NCBI GenBank assembly: GCA_963716255.1
Contig: OY970303.1
Span: 3,136,001 to 3,200,000, forward strand
From: an uncultured Gemmatimonadales bacterium
GTDB lineage: Bacteria > Gemmatimonadota > Gemmatimonadetes > Longimicrobiales > Longimicrobiaceae
DNA: 64,000 bases
Reading direction: 5' to 3'
Program-made: the position numbers and the translations under genes
The notes under the pieces: model-generated
What the model saw: only the letters and a program-made list of their open reading frames with translations
What the model was told of the DNA's origin: nothing
Databases searched by the model: none
In this document: one piece after another, positions 48,879-58,603 of the stretch
How positions within the stretch are numbered: the first letter of the stretch is position 1
Layout: each line of letters begins with the position of its first letter

Positions 48879-49024
48879 GGGCCGCTCCGGAACCAGGCCA
48901 AACCGCCGGCCTGTTTCCTACGCGGGTCGCGGAGCCAGCGGAAACTGCTCCCGCTGTCTCCGCTCCGGCTGCGGGAGCCCCGCCAAACTGCCGGCGGGTC
49001 TCCCTCCGCGACATCATGCGGGAA
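48879..49024 (-). repeat. Family B three-hairpin repeat, copy 2
   Basis: Reverse complement similar to 27265..27410 with compensatory changes. Confidence 0.85.
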
Positions 49025-49131
49025 AAGCAATGAACGGCGGAACTGCCCTCCCCGGCGGCGGCTTTTCCGTCGCGCTGCTGCGCAAGCCGAAGCGGGCCGC
49101 CTGACGGGCTGCCCGGCCGGCCGGGCGCGGG

Positions 49132-50757
49132 CTATTCCCGCCCCGGCAGCTCCAGGTAGCGCCGGGTGCCGATCGCCTCCAGGAAGGCGCGGTCGTGGGA
49201 GACCGCCAGCAGCGCGCCGCCGTAGCCGCGCAGCACCGATTCCAGCGCGGCCAGGCTGTCCAGGTCCAGGTGGTTGGTGGGCTCGTCCAGCAGGAGGAGG
49301 CGGGGCGGGCGCCAGCCGTTCAGCACGCAGGCCAGGGCGGCGCGGAGCCGCTGGCCCCCGCTCAGCGTCCCCACCACCTGGTGCACCCCGTCCTCCACGA
49401 ACAGGAAGCGGGCGAGCGCGTGGCGGCTCGCCGTCTCGTCCAGCGCCGGGTTCGCCGCGCGGTAGCTTTCCAGCACCGTGCGCTCCGGGTCCAGCCGCCG
49501 CGCCAGCTGGTCGAAGTGCGCCACCTCCTCCGGCGGCACCCCCAGGCGGAGCGTCCCCGCCGTGGGCGCGATCTCCCCCGCGACCACGCGCAGCAGCGTG
49601 GTCTTCCCCGCCCCGTTGGGCCCCGTCACCGCCACGCGCTCCGGGCCCACCACGCGCAGGGAGATGCCGCGCAGCGCGTCCACGTCCGCGCCGGGGTGCC
49701 GCACCGCCACCCCGTCCAGCTCCAGCACCGTCTTCCCCGCCGGCAGCTCCACGGGCGGCAGCTCCACCGCCAGCACGGCGCGCTCCTCCACCCGCTCCCG
49801 CGCCGCCCGCACCCGCTCGCGCCCCTCCTCCACCCCCCGCGCGCCCACGTTGCGCAGCCGGCTGGTGGTGTGGTCGCTGCGCTCCTTCATCATCCCCAGC
49901 ATGATCGCCGGCATGTTGGCCGTGGCGCGGCGCTCCCGCCCCTGGCGGTTGCGGCGGTCCTGGCGCTCGCGGACCTCCTGGGCCCGGCGCTTCGCCGCCC
50001 GCAGCGAGTGCCCGGCGCTCGCCAGCTCGCGGGCGGCGGCCTCGTCCTCCGCGGCCCGCTGCGCGGCGTACGCGTCGTAGCCGCCGCCGTACAGGCGGGC
50101 GCCGCGCTCGGTCAGCTCCAGGACGCGGTCCATGCGCCGCAGCAGGGCGCGGTCGTGGCTGATGGCCAGCAGCCCGCCGCCCCACCCGGCCACGAAGTCG
50201 TAGAGCGCCTGCCTGCCCCGCGCGTCCAGGTTGTTGGTGGGCTCGTCCAGCACCAGGAAGTCCGGCCCGGCCAGCGACAGGCCGGCCAGCGCCACGCGCG
50301 TGGCCTCGCCGCCGCTCACGCGCAGCACGGGGCGGTCCAGCGGCAGGTGTGCCAGGCCCAGGCGGCCCAGCGCCGCCTCCGCCCGCTCGCGCAGGTCCCA
50401 GTCGCCGCCCACGCGGTCGAGCTCGGCGGGGTCGGCGGCGCCGGCGTACACGCGCTCCACCGCGGCCAGGCGCTCCGCGATCCCCAGCACGGCGGCCAGC
50501 GGCACGTCGCCCCGAACCTGGAAGTCCTGCGGCAGCCAGCCCACGGCGCAGCGGCGCAGCACGATTCCCGCCGACGGCTCCAGCTCGCCGGCGAGGATGC
50601 GCGCCAGCGTGCTCTTGCCGACGCCGTTGGGTCCCACCAGCCCGGTGCGCTCGCGCCCGAAGCCGAGGGTGATGTCGTGGAAGAGGGTCCGCCCGTCAGC
50701 CAGCGAGAAGGCGATGCGGTCGGCGGTGATGCGAGGGTCGAACGAGGGCGATGACAT
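49132..50757 (-). CDS. ABC-F family ATPase
   Basis: Two ABC cassettes (GPNGVGKST/LDEPTNNLD; GPNGAGKTT/LDEPTNHLD), no TM. Confidence 0.9.
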   Translation of the reverse strand: MSSPSFDPRITADRIAFSLADGRTLFHDITLGFGRERTGLVGPNGVGKSTLARILAGELEPSAGIVLRRCAVGWLPQDFQVRGDVPLAAVLGIAERLAAVERVYAGAADPAELDRVGGDWDLRERAEAALGRLGLAHLPLDRPVLRVSGGEATRVALAGLSLAGPDFLVLDEPTNNLDARGRQALYDFVAGWGGGLLAISHDRALLRRMDRVLELTERGARLYGGGYDAYAAQRAAEDEAAARELASAGHSLRAAKRRAQEVRERQDRRNRQGRERRATANMPAIMLGMMKERSDHTTSRLRNVGARGVEEGRERVRAARERVEERAVLAVELPPVELPAGKTVLELDGVAVRHPGADVDALRGISLRVVGPERVAVTGPNGAGKTTLLRVVAGEIAPTAGTLRLGVPPEEVAHFDQLARRLDPERTVLESYRAANPALDETASRHALARFLFVEDGVHQVVGTLSGGQRLRAALACVLNGWRPPRLLLLDEPTNHLDLDSLAALESVLRGYGGALLAVSHDRAFLEAIGTRRYLELPGRE

Positions 50758-51051
50758 GGAAGCGTGCTCCGGTCCTGGGGATGGATTCGGTGTGAACTCC
50801 AGCCAGGTGTCCGATCATGCGCGCGACCTCCGTCGGGGGGCGGTCGGGCCGGACGGGCCCGATCCGTGGGGAGTGAATGTAACCCGCGGCGGGCCCGCGC
50901 TCAACGCTCCCGCGCAGGTGCGGCCCGGTCCGCTCCGGCCCCGGGCCGGTCGTTCTCTTGTCGTCCCCGCGCCCCGGCCGTACCCTTGGGGCAGTCCTCG
51001 AAAGCGCGGCCGGCGGGCCGCGCCGAGGCCCAAGGGAAAAGGAGCCGCGCC

Positions 51052-52182
51052 GTGTCCGAACCCACCCCCGGGTCCGCTCCGCCGTCGCCGCCGGACGCCC
51101 CCGACGTTCTCGACGGCCGGCTCTCCGCCGCGGCGCGCGAGGGCGACGTGGACACCCTGGCCGCGCTGCTCGACGCGCACCCGGACCGGCTGCACGCCCG
51201 CTCCGGGCCGTACGCGTGGACGCTGCTTCACCTGGCGGCCCACGCCGGGCGGCTGGCGGCGGTGGAGCTGCTTCTGGCGCGCGGGGCGGACGTGAACGCC
51301 CGCGAGGAGGGCGACGACACCTACGCCATGCACTGGGCCGCGGCGGCCGGGCACCTGGACGTGGTGCGGCGGCTGGCCGACGCGGGCGGCGACGTGGTGG
51401 GGCGCGGCGACGACCACGGGCTGGAGGTGATCGGTTGGGCGACGTGCTGGGAGGGGTGCGGCGACGACGCGCACCGCGCGGTCGCGGACTTCCTGGTGTC
51501 GCGGGGCGCACGGCACCACGTCTTTTCCGCCGTGGCGATGGGCCTGGAGGACGAGGTCCGCCGCATCGTGGCGGAGGACCCGGGGGCGCTGGGCAGGCCC
51601 ATGAGCCGCAACGAAAGCTTCCAGCTCCCGCTGCACTTCGCCGTGCGCATGAGCCGCCCGGAGATGGTGGCGCTGCTGCTGGAGCTGGGCGTCGACCCGG
51701 CGGCGGCGGACGGCTCCGGGGCCCCGGCGGCCGTGTACGCCGCGGCGCCCGGCGTGGACGGGCGGGTGATCGAGATCCTCGCCCGCCGCGGCGGGCTGGG
51801 CCTGTTCGGCGCCCTCGCGCTGGGCGACCGGGCGGCGGCGGCCCGGATGCTGGCCGCGGACCCGGGCCTCCTCGGGCCCGGCGGCGCGGGCGAGGGCGCG
51901 CTGCACCTGCTGGCGAAGCGCGGCGACGCGCCGGCCGTGGAGTGGCTGCTCGGCCGCGGCGCCGACCCCGACGCCCGCTGGGACCACGGCGATGCCCGGG
52001 TGACGCCGCTGCACCTGGCCGCCGCGCACGGCCACGCGCGGGTCGTGCGCCTGCTCCTCGCGGCCGGCGCCGACCCGCGCGTCCGCGACGGCAGGCACGA
52101 CGGCGACGCGATCGGCTGGGCCGAGCACTCCGGGCAGGGTGAAGTGGTGGATATCCTCCGGGCGCACGCCGCGCGGCCGTGA
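51052..52182 (+). CDS. Ankyrin repeat protein
   Basis: Multiple LHxAA..G..VxxLL..GAD repeats. Confidence 0.9.
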   Translation: MSEPTPGSAPPSPPDAPDVLDGRLSAAAREGDVDTLAALLDAHPDRLHARSGPYAWTLLHLAAHAGRLAAVELLLARGADVNAREEGDDTYAMHWAAAAGHLDVVRRLADAGGDVVGRGDDHGLEVIGWATCWEGCGDDAHRAVADFLVSRGARHHVFSAVAMGLEDEVRRIVAEDPGALGRPMSRNESFQLPLHFAVRMSRPEMVALLLELGVDPAAADGSGAPAAVYAAAPGVDGRVIEILARRGGLGLFGALALGDRAAAARMLAADPGLLGPGGAGEGALHLLAKRGDAPAVEWLLGRGADPDARWDHGDARVTPLHLAAAHGHARVVRLLLAAGADPRVRDGRHDGDAIGWAEHSGQGEVVDILRAHAARP

Positions 52183-52203
52183 CGGCGCGCCGGGAGCGCG
52201 CCG

Positions 52204-52749
52204 CTAGCGGGGGCGATCCTCCATCCTGAACTCCAGCCGGACGGGGCGGGTCCGGCCGCCGGCGGTGACCTGCGTCACCAGCAGCGTGCGCTCGTCCAGC
52301 ACCTGCCCCGCCGCCTCGCCGAATGCCGTGCCCGCTCCCGCGGAGAAACGGATCGCGCCTCCCTCGCGGTCGTAGCGCCCCTCCGCCCGGTGCACCACCG
52401 CGGGACGGGCCGCGCCCCCGCACGTCTCCTGCGTGCTGCCGCTGAAGGTGAAGCCGCCCTCCTGGAGCGCCAGCGTGCCCTGCACCGCCCGCAGCACGCA
52501 GTCGCCGCGGGTGTCCACCGCCGCGGGGAGGACCGAGTCGTTCACCTCCACCAGCCGGTAGACGCCCTGCACGCCCCCCTGGCGGCGCCCCATCCGCAGC
52601 GCCTCGTCCGGGAGCGGGGGCGTGGGGTCGTCCACCGTGGGGACGGTGCTGGGAATGGGCGGCCCGGGCCGGATGCGGACCCCGCCGGAGCACCCGGCGG
52701 CCAGCGCGAGGGCGAGCAGGGCGAGCGGCGCGGAGCGCGGGATGGGCAT
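52204..52749 (-). CDS. Hypothetical lipoprotein
   Basis: LALAAGC lipobox, beta-rich body. Confidence 0.65.
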   Translation of the reverse strand: MPIPRSAPLALLALALAAGCSGGVRIRPGPPIPSTVPTVDDPTPPLPDEALRMGRRQGGVQGVYRLVEVNDSVLPAAVDTRGDCVLRAVQGTLALQEGGFTFSGSTQETCGGAARPAVVHRAEGRYDREGGAIRFSAGAGTAFGEAAGQVLDERTLLVTQVTAGGRTRPVRLEFRMEDRPR

Positions 52750-52903
52750 GGCGGTGCGGGGCACGGGTGAGGGCGGCGCGGGCGGGCGCCCGCGCGGACC
52801 CGGCACAGCGGATGCAGCGCCCATGCCGCGGCCCTCCCGCTCCGCGCCCGCCGCGTGTATCTTATGCGTCCGCAACGAGCTGAACCCGCCGCCCCACGCC
52901 GCC

Positions 52904-53929
52904 ATGCTCGGCTTCCGCAAGGTCCGCGTCCCCGCCATCTCCACGGTCACCGCCCCGCCGCCCCCCGCCGCGGCCGCGAGCCCCTGCGCCAACTGCGGCG
53001 ACCCCTCGCCCGGCAGGTTCTGCCCCGCCTGCGGGCAGGAGCGGCGCACCCGGCTGATCTCGCTGCGGGAGATGGCGGTGGACTTCCTGGACGACCAGCT
53101 CGCCCTCAACTCCCGCCTCCCCGCCACGGTGTTCTGCCTGCTGCTGCGCCCGGGGTTCCTGACGGAGGAGTACCTGCGGGGGCGGATCGCGCGCTACATC
53201 CGCCCGCTGCGGCTGTACCTGGCGTCGAGCGTGGTGTTCTTCCTGCTCCTTTCCGTGGACGGGAGCGGGCTGGTGAAGCTGGGGCTGGGGGAGGGGAACG
53301 GGGTCGGCGTGAGCCTGGACGCCGACTCGCTGGGGCTGGTGGAGGCGCTCGCCGCGGAGATGCCCGCGGCGCCGGCCGCCACGTCCGGCACACCGGCCAC
53401 GTCGGCCACGGACGCGCCGGGCGTCCGCATCCCCACGCCGGTGGTGGACGGCTCGTGGGTGGACAGCATCAACGTCCGCTCGGCGAGCCCCACCATCAAC
53501 CGGCTCCTGGAGCAGAAGCGCGCCCACTTCCGCCGCATGACGCCGCAGGAAGCCTTCCGGGAGGTGGTGGCGGAGTTCCGGGAGCACGTCCCCACCATGA
53601 TGTTCTTCCTCCTCCCGGTGTTCGCCTTTCTGCTCAAGCTGCTGTACGCGCGGCGCGGGCGGCTGTACGTGGAGCACTTCGTCTTCGCGCTCCACCTGCA
53701 CGCCTTCGCCTTCGCGGCGTTCACGGTGATGCTGCTGGTCGGCAACCCCGTGGTCTCCAACGTCATGGCGTGCTGGGTGCTTCTCTACACCTTCCTCGCC
53801 ATGCGGCGGGTGTACCGGCAGCCGCTCCTGAGGACCGGCGCGAGGTACCTGGCGCTGGGGCTGGGATACGCCACGGTCCTCGCCTTCGCCCTCACGATCA
53901 CCGCGGTGGTCACGGTTCTGCTGGTCTGA
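52904..53929 (+). CDS. DUF3667 domain membrane protein
   Basis: CANCG..FCPACGQ, RPGFLTEEYLRG..YIRPLRLYL, YVEHFVFALH. Confidence 0.85.
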   Translation: MLGFRKVRVPAISTVTAPPPPAAAASPCANCGDPSPGRFCPACGQERRTRLISLREMAVDFLDDQLALNSRLPATVFCLLLRPGFLTEEYLRGRIARYIRPLRLYLASSVVFFLLLSVDGSGLVKLGLGEGNGVGVSLDADSLGLVEALAAEMPAAPAATSGTPATSATDAPGVRIPTPVVDGSWVDSINVRSASPTINRLLEQKRAHFRRMTPQEAFREVVAEFREHVPTMMFFLLPVFAFLLKLLYARRGRLYVEHFVFALHLHAFAFAAFTVMLLVGNPVVSNVMACWVLLYTFLAMRRVYRQPLLRTGARYLALGLGYATVLAFALTITAVVTVLLV

Positions 53930-53957
53930 GCGGAGCCCGTCACCCGCTCCATCGACG

Positions 53958-55319
53958 ATGCAGAACGCGCCAGACCCGGTCTTCGACGGGCCGCCCAGCC
54001 GCATCCAGCGGATCCTCTCGCCCTTCCAGCGCTTCGCGGCGACGGAGTCCTCGGGAGGAATCGTCCTCATCCTGTGCACCGTGGCGGCGCTGGCGCTGGC
54101 AAACTCCCCCCGGGCCGAGGCGTTCCACCAGCTGTGGACCATGGAGCTGGGCGTGTCGGCGGGCGGCTTCCGCCTGGCGTACTCGCTGCACCACTGGATC
54201 AACGACGGCCTGATGGCCGTGTTCTTTTTCCTGGTGGGGCTGGAGATCAAGCGCGAGTTCATGGTGGGCGAGCTGGCCTCGCCTCGCCGTGCCGCGCTCC
54301 CCATCGCCGCGGCGCTGGGGGGAATGGTGGTCCCCGCGCTGGTCTACACGGCGCTGAACGCGGGCGGGCCCGGGGCGGCGGGGTGGGGAATCCCCATGGC
54401 GACCGACATCGCCTTCGCGCTGGGGGTGCTGGCGCTGCTGGGGCCGCGCGTGCCGCTGGGCCTCAAGGTGTTCCTCGCCGCGCTGGCCATCGTGGACGAC
54501 CTGGGGGCCGTGCTGGTGATCGCGCTCTTCTACACGGCGGGGATCTCGTGGACCGCGCTGGGCGTGGCGGCGCTCTTCCTGGCCGGGATGGCGGCCGCCA
54601 ACCGGCTGGGGGTGCGCCGGCCGGGGGTGTACCTCGTGCTGGGGGTGGGGCTGTGGCTCGCCTTTCTCTTCTCCGGGGTGCACGCCACCGTCGCCGGGGT
54701 GCTCGCGGCGATGACCATCCCGGCGCGCGCCCGCATCGACACCGGCGAGTTCCGGGTCCGCGGGCGCGCCCTGATGGACGAATTCGACCGGGTGGGAACC
54801 GAGGGGGAGGACGTCCTCACCCGCCAGCCGCAGCAGGCCGTGATCCAGGCCATGGAGAGCGTCTGCGATGCCGCGCAGGCGCCGCTGCAGCGCATCGAGC
54901 ACGGCCTGCAGGGGTGGGTCGCCTTCGGGATCGTCCCGCTCTTCGCCCTCGCCAACGCCGGGGTGCACCTGCCGGCTGACTTCGCCGGCGCGCTCGCCCA
55001 CCCGGTGACGCTGGGGGTGATCCTGGGGCTGGTGCTGGGCAAGCCCGTCGGCATCACCCTGTTCGCCTGGCTGGCCGTGCGCGCCGGGGTGGCGTCGCTC
55101 CCGGAGGGGGTGGCCTGGCGCGCGCTGCACGGGGTGAGCTGGCTGGGCGGCATCGGCTTCACCATGTCGCTGTTCATCGCAAACCTGGCGTTTCCCGGAG
55201 GGGCAATGGTGGACGAGGCCAAGGTGGGGATCCTGTCCGCCTCCATCCTCGCCGGCGGGGTCGGGTGGCTGCTTCTCCGCCCCGGCCCGGGGCCCGAGCG
55301 GCGCGCGGGGGCCGCGTGA
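53958..55319 (+). CDS. nhaA: Na+/H+ antiporter NhaA
   Basis: WINDGLMAVFF, GLEIKRE, ATDIAF, LAIVDD, GIGFTMSLFI. Confidence 0.95.
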   Translation: MQNAPDPVFDGPPSRIQRILSPFQRFAATESSGGIVLILCTVAALALANSPRAEAFHQLWTMELGVSAGGFRLAYSLHHWINDGLMAVFFFLVGLEIKREFMVGELASPRRAALPIAAALGGMVVPALVYTALNAGGPGAAGWGIPMATDIAFALGVLALLGPRVPLGLKVFLAALAIVDDLGAVLVIALFYTAGISWTALGVAALFLAGMAAANRLGVRRPGVYLVLGVGLWLAFLFSGVHATVAGVLAAMTIPARARIDTGEFRVRGRALMDEFDRVGTEGEDVLTRQPQQAVIQAMESVCDAAQAPLQRIEHGLQGWVAFGIVPLFALANAGVHLPADFAGALAHPVTLGVILGLVLGKPVGITLFAWLAVRAGVASLPEGVAWRALHGVSWLGGIGFTMSLFIANLAFPGGAMVDEAKVGILSASILAGGVGWLLLRPGPGPERRAGAA

Positions 55320-55624
55320 GTGACGACGGGCGCGCGGCGGTGCTGCGCGACTTCCGCCGCATCCCCGGCGTGGGGCGCACCATCGCCGAGGACCTGTGGT
55401 CGCTGGGGCTGCGCTCCGTGGACGACCTGCGCGGCGGCGACCCGCAGGCGCTCTACGAGCGGCTGTGCGAGCTCCAGGGGTGCCACGTAGACCGCTGCAT
55501 GCTGTACGTGCTCCGCTGCGCCGTGTACTTCGCCTCGGGCGATCGGCACGATCCCGAGCTGCTCAAGTGGTGGCACTGGAAGGACGGCGGGCTTGCGTTT
55601 CGGTCTGGAGGCCCCCCGCCGTGA
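55316..55624 (+). CDS. Helix-hairpin-helix (Cdd1-like) protein
   Basis: IPGVGRTIAEDL, DRCMLYVLRCAVY, WWHWKD. Confidence 0.8.
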   Translation: MSDDGRAAVLRDFRRIPGVGRTIAEDLWSLGLRSVDDLRGGDPQALYERLCELQGCHVDRCMLYVLRCAVYFASGDRHDPELLKWWHWKDGGLAFRSGGPPP

Positions 55625-56079
55625 CGCGCTTCCGCCTGTCCGCGGCGCTGCTCGCCGTGCTCCTGGCAGGCTGTTCCGTCCCGCGCTGGCCGGTGGACGC
55701 GCCCGTGGTGTCGCGCTTCGGCGCCCGGCGCGAGGAGGGGCTGCTCCCGCGCCTGCACGAGGGGGTGGACCTGGACGTTGCCGCGGGCACCCCGGTGCGC
55801 GCCATGCGCCCGGGGCGTGTCCGGTTCGCCGGGGAGCGCGGAGGGTGGGGGCGGGTCGCCATCGTGGACCACGCGCGCGGCGTCACCACCGTGTACGCCC
55901 ACCTTTCGCGGGTGGACGTGCGCACCGGCGAGCGGGTGAAAGGGCGGCAGGTGGTGGGGCTTTCCGGCTCCAGCGGCAACGCCGAGGGGCCGCACCTGCA
56001 CTTCGAGGTGTGGATCCGTGGCAAGCCCGCCGATCCCGTTCCGCTGCTGGGGGGCGAGCCGCGGCAGGTTCCTTTTTGA
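55621..56079 (+). CDS. M23 family peptidase lipoprotein
   Basis: LAGC lipobox, HEGVD, PHLHFE. Confidence 0.85.
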   Translation: MTRFRLSAALLAVLLAGCSVPRWPVDAPVVSRFGARREEGLLPRLHEGVDLDVAAGTPVRAMRPGRVRFAGERGGWGRVAIVDHARGVTTVYAHLSRVDVRTGERVKGRQVVGLSGSSGNAEGPHLHFEVWIRGKPADPVPLLGGEPRQVPF

Positions 56080-56117
56080 GGCTCGATTCCGTTGGAACGG
56101 CATTGAACGGCGGGTTC

Positions 56118-56246
56118 GGGCGTGCCCCCGGCTGTCGCCGGGGTCGGGCTTCGGCTCCGTAACGCAGCAAACAACGCTGCGTAACGGAGTCGAGCCCCGC
56201 GAAACTGCCCGCGGGTCTCGCCCCTTCGGGCCGAAATCCCTCACGC
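56118..56246 (+). repeat. Family A structured repeat, copy 8
   Basis: Same scaffold. Confidence 0.9.
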
Positions 56247-56458
56247 GGGGCTCGCGCTGGCGTCCGCTGGGGGCCCCCACCCTGGCGCTGCGCGCCACCC
56301 CTCCCCCGCAAGCGAGGGAGGGGTGAACTGCTTGGGGCCCATGTAGTTGGCCCCCTCTCCCAGGATTGGGAGAGGGTGGCGAGCCTCAAGCGAGCCGGGT
56401 GAGTGCCGCCGCCGTTCTCCCCTCCCCCTTGCGGGGAGGGGCCGGGGGCGGAGGTACG

Positions 56459-56500
56459 TTGACAGCCGAGCCGAATCATTTATCTTACTGACCGGTCAGT
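56459..56500 (+). promoter_or_regulatory. Promoter and TetR operator
   Basis: TTGACA-16-TATCTT followed by perfect palindrome ACTGACCGGTCAGT (56487..56500). Confidence 0.7.
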
Positions 56501-56527
56501 TATTTGTTTTCACGCCCCACGCATCGC

Positions 56528-57202
56528 ATGAGCAGACCCACCTCCGCAGAGCCCGCGAAGCGCCGCAGCTGGGAGCGCCGCAGCGAGGCGCGCCCCGCCG
56601 AGATCGTGGACGCGGCGCTCGACGTGTTCGTGGAGCGCGGCTACGCGGCCGCGAAGATGGACGAGATCGCCGAGCGCGCGGGCGTCACCAAGGGCACCGT
56701 CTACCTGTACTTCCAGGGCAAGGAAGACCTCTTCCGCGCCGTGGTGCACCGGACGGTGCTCCCCAACCTGGAAACGGGCGAGCGCCTGGTGGCCGAGTTC
56801 ACCGGGAGCACCCCCGAGCTGTTCCGCACGCTGGTGCGCCGCTGGTGGCAGACCGCCGGCGAGACGCGCCTGGCGTGCCTCCCCAAGCTGATCATCGGCG
56901 AGGCGGCCAACTTCCCCGCGCTCGCCGGCTTCTACGTGGAGGAGGTCATCCAACGCGGACGGCGCATGTTCGCCGCGGTCATCCGGCGCGGTGTGGAGCG
57001 CGGCGAGTTCCGCGAGGTGGACGTGGACACCGCCGTGCGCCTGGCGATGGGCGCCATGACCGGCGCGCTGGCCTACCGCCGCTCCCTGCTCGCGTACGAC
57101 ACCGAGCCCTTCGACTTCGAGGCGTACGTGGAGATGCACATCGACTTCTTCCTCCGCGGCCTCGCGAAGGATCCCACGGACCCGGACGCTTCCCATGCGT
57201 AG
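56528..57202 (+). CDS. TetR/AcrR family regulator
   Basis: IAERAGVTKGTVYLYF HTH. Confidence 0.93.
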   Translation: MSRPTSAEPAKRRSWERRSEARPAEIVDAALDVFVERGYAAAKMDEIAERAGVTKGTVYLYFQGKEDLFRAVVHRTVLPNLETGERLVAEFTGSTPELFRTLVRRWWQTAGETRLACLPKLIIGEAANFPALAGFYVEEVIQRGRRMFAAVIRRGVERGEFREVDVDTAVRLAMGAMTGALAYRRSLLAYDTEPFDFEAYVEMHIDFFLRGLAKDPTDPDASHA

Positions 57203-58544
57203 ACAGATCGTCCTTCTCCTGGGGGCCGCGCTCGGCGCCGCCCCCGCCGCCCTCCGCGCCCAGGCGCCGGAGGGCGCGCCGGTTCCCCTGTCGCTGGCGC
57301 AGGCCGTCGCCGTCGCGCGCGACACCACCCCCGGCGTGCGGCTGGCCGCGCTGCGGGTGGAGGCCAGCGAGGCCCGCGCCCGGCAGGCGCGCGGCGCCCT
57401 GCTCCCCACGGTCGGCGCCACCGTGGGCAACCTGGACCGCACCTTCAACCGCGCCTCCATGGGGATCGAGTTCCCGGCCATCCCCGGCCAGGCGCCCATC
57501 CCCGACCTGATCGGCCCGTTCGACAACTTCGACGCGCGCCTCAAGCTGACGCAGACGCTCTTCGACCCCGCCGGCTTCGTCCGCACCCGCGCCGCCCGCG
57601 AGGCGGTGGCCGGGAGCACCGCCGAGCGCGACGTGGCCGCCGAAGCCGCCGCGCAGCGCGCCGCCGCCACCTACCTGCGCGCCGCCCGCGCCGGGGCGGT
57701 GGTCGCCGCCCGCCGCGAGGACGTGCGCCTGGCCGAGGAGCTGGTGGCGCTGGCCAGGGAGCAGCTGGCGGCCGGGGTGAGCACCGCCATCGACGTGACC
57801 CGCGCCGAAAGCCAGCGCGTGGCCGCCGTGGGAATGCTGCGCGTGGCCGCGAACGGCGCCGCGCAGGCGCAGATCGAGCTGGCGCGCGCCCTGGGCGTGG
57901 ACCCCGGCACCCGCTTCGCCCTGTCCGACACGCTGCCGGCGGGGACGGACCCCGGCGCCGCCGCCGCGGCCGACGCCGGGGAGGCCACGCGCCGGGCGCT
58001 GGCCGCGCGGCCGGACCTGCGCTCCGCCGCCGCCCTGGAGACCGTGGCGAAGACCCAGCGCCGCTCCATCCGCGCCGAGAGGCTGCCGCGCCTGGACCTG
58101 GTGGCCGACTGGGGGGTGAACGGCCCCTCCGTGGAGGACGCCATCTCCACCCGGCAGGTGGGAGTGCAGGTGTCGCTGCCGCTGGTGGACGGGCTGCGGC
58201 GCGAGTCGCGCCTGGCCGAGCAGGACGCCGTCGTCCGCGAAGCGCAGCTCCGCCACGTCGACCTTCGCCGGCAGATCGAGGCCGAGGTGCGGTCCGCCCT
58301 GCTGGACGCCGAGTCCGGCCGCGAGCAGCAGGAAGTGGCCGCGGAGCGCCTGCGCCTGGCCGAGGAGGAGCTCGGCCAGGCCCGCGAGCGCTTCGCCAAC
58401 GGCGTGGCCGGCAACATCGAGCTGATCAGCGCGCAGTCCAGCCTGGTGCGGGCCCGCGACGCGGTGATCGACGCGCGCTACGCCACGGCGCAGGCGCGCG
58501 TGAGCCTGGCGCGTGCCGTGGGCGCCGCCGGCGCGCTCCGCTAG
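57195..58544 (+). CDS. TolC family outer membrane protein
   Basis: Signal peptide, OEP-type helical repeats, operon context. Confidence 0.88.
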   Translation: MRRQIVLLLGAALGAAPAALRAQAPEGAPVPLSLAQAVAVARDTTPGVRLAALRVEASEARARQARGALLPTVGATVGNLDRTFNRASMGIEFPAIPGQAPIPDLIGPFDNFDARLKLTQTLFDPAGFVRTRAAREAVAGSTAERDVAAEAAAQRAAATYLRAARAGAVVAARREDVRLAEELVALAREQLAAGVSTAIDVTRAESQRVAAVGMLRVAANGAAQAQIELARALGVDPGTRFALSDTLPAGTDPGAAAAADAGEATRRALAARPDLRSAAALETVAKTQRRSIRAERLPRLDLVADWGVNGPSVEDAISTRQVGVQVSLPLVDGLRRESRLAEQDAVVREAQLRHVDLRRQIEAEVRSALLDAESGREQQEVAAERLRLAEEELGQARERFANGVAGNIELISAQSSLVRARDAVIDARYATAQARVSLARAVGAAGALR

Positions 58545-58603
58545 TCCCGACCCGACGCAGCAGCATCCACGCAGACCGAAACACACCGAGAGACCAGACC
58601 GAC

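Noticed and set aside
48879..49024. Family B as a metal riboswitch for ABC operons
   Set aside because: This copy lies upstream of the predicted mnt promoter, so it is not in that 5' UTR; two copies are too few to infer regulation
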